The position numbers and the translations under genes were made by a program. DNA of 64,000 bases from an uncultured beta proteobacterium (GTDB taxonomy: Bacteria; Pseudomonadota; Gammaproteobacteria; Burkholderiales; Burkholderiaceae_F): the NCBI GenBank assembly GCA_963726405.1, contig CAVSCF010000009.1, positions 9,980-73,979 of the forward strand, written 5' to 3'. Under the pieces are notes generated by a model. It was not told where the DNA came from, did no database searches, and saw nothing but the letters and a program-made list of their open reading frames with translations. Positions 63,458 to 64,000 of this stretch are shown piece after piece. The stretch's first letter is position 1; each line of letters begins with the position of its first letter.

Positions 63458-64000
63458 ATGAAGACCATCCTGCGCGCCCTGGCCATCGGCGCCGTGGCGA
63501 CCGTTGCCGCGGTTGCCCCCGCACTGGCCGCCTATCCCGAGAAGCCCGTCACGGTCGTCGTTCCATTCCCGCCGGGGGGATCGACCGACACCATCGCCCG
63601 CACGATGGCGAACAAGATGTCGGCGAGCCTCGGCCAGTCGTTCGTGGTCGAGAACCAGGCCGGCGCCACCGGTGCCATCGGCGCGGCCCGCGTCAAGCGG
63701 GCGGCGCCCGACGGCTACACCATCATGGTGGCGTCGATCGGGGTGTACGCGACCAATCCCTTCCTGCAGAAGAACCTGCCGTACGACCCGGCGAAGGACT
63801 TCGATCTGCTCACGGTCGCGGTCCGTGCACCGAACGTGCTGGTCGCCAATCCAGGGGTTCCCGCGCAGAACGTGTCCGAACTGATCGACTACCTGAAGAA
63901 GAATCCGGACAAGGTCTCGTTCGCGTCGAGCGGCGCCGGTTCATCGGACCACCTCACCGCTGCGCTCTTCTGGCAGAAGACGGGCACGACCGGCATCCAC
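63458..64000 (+). CDS. Bug family (TctC-like) substrate-binding protein, partial; the C-terminus runs off the window
   Basis: The ATG at 63458 gives MKTILRALAIGAVATVAAVAPALAAYPEKPVTVVVPFPPGGSTDTIARTMA..VVENQAGATG... It is not in the ORF track because there is no stop inside the window. Confidence 0.88.
   Translation, partial: MKTILRALAIGAVATVAAVAPALAAYPEKPVTVVVPFPPGGSTDTIARTMANKMSASLGQSFVVENQAGATGAIGAARVKRAAPDGYTIMVASIGVYATNPFLQKNLPYDPAKDFDLLTVAVRAPNVLVANPGVPAQNVSELIDYLKKNPDKVSFASSGAGSSDHLTAALFWQKTGTTGIH

Overview
High-GC (roughly two-thirds G+C by eye) chromosomal window with strong G/C third-position bias. It is most consistent with a betaproteobacterium of the Burkholderiales: EarP-type EF-P, Bug/TctC binding proteins, and dapC-dapD-dapE and smc-zipA-ligA synteny. 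It is mostly conserved core genome. The main blocks are efp/earP, tRNA-Leu(UAA), a minus-strand run from queF through the DAP-pathway genes to a CoA-transferase/phosphatase/kinase/ClpX-like operon, smc-zipA-ligA, glnD-map, the rpsB-to-trmH ribosome/envelope cluster, ppsR/ppsA, NfeD/SPFH, a hybrid histidine kinase, two Bug genes, an MFS transporter, AsmA and LysR. I found no rRNA, CRISPR array, integrase or transposase ORF. Features that stand out: (1) a 270-bp MITE-like element with 20-bp terminal inverted repeats sits exactly between the zipA stop and the ligA start. (2) About 650 bp of nested REP-like inverted repeats lie upstream of a frameshifted orphan pilU inside the dap cluster. (3) A quinone-oxidoreductase gene is broken by four frame changes within 350 bp, and several other single-base frame breaks occur elsewhere. 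(4) A translationally coupled operon ends in a zinc-finger-less ClpX paralogue. (5) A ParE/RHH toxin-antitoxin cassette lies between def and glnD. (6) A 75-nt patch of AT-ending codons sits inside ppsA. Product calls come from my own recognition of the translated ORFs and motifs; no database search was run. I did not find a convincing wholly novel multi-gene system; the ClpX-like operon is the best candidate for under-described biology.
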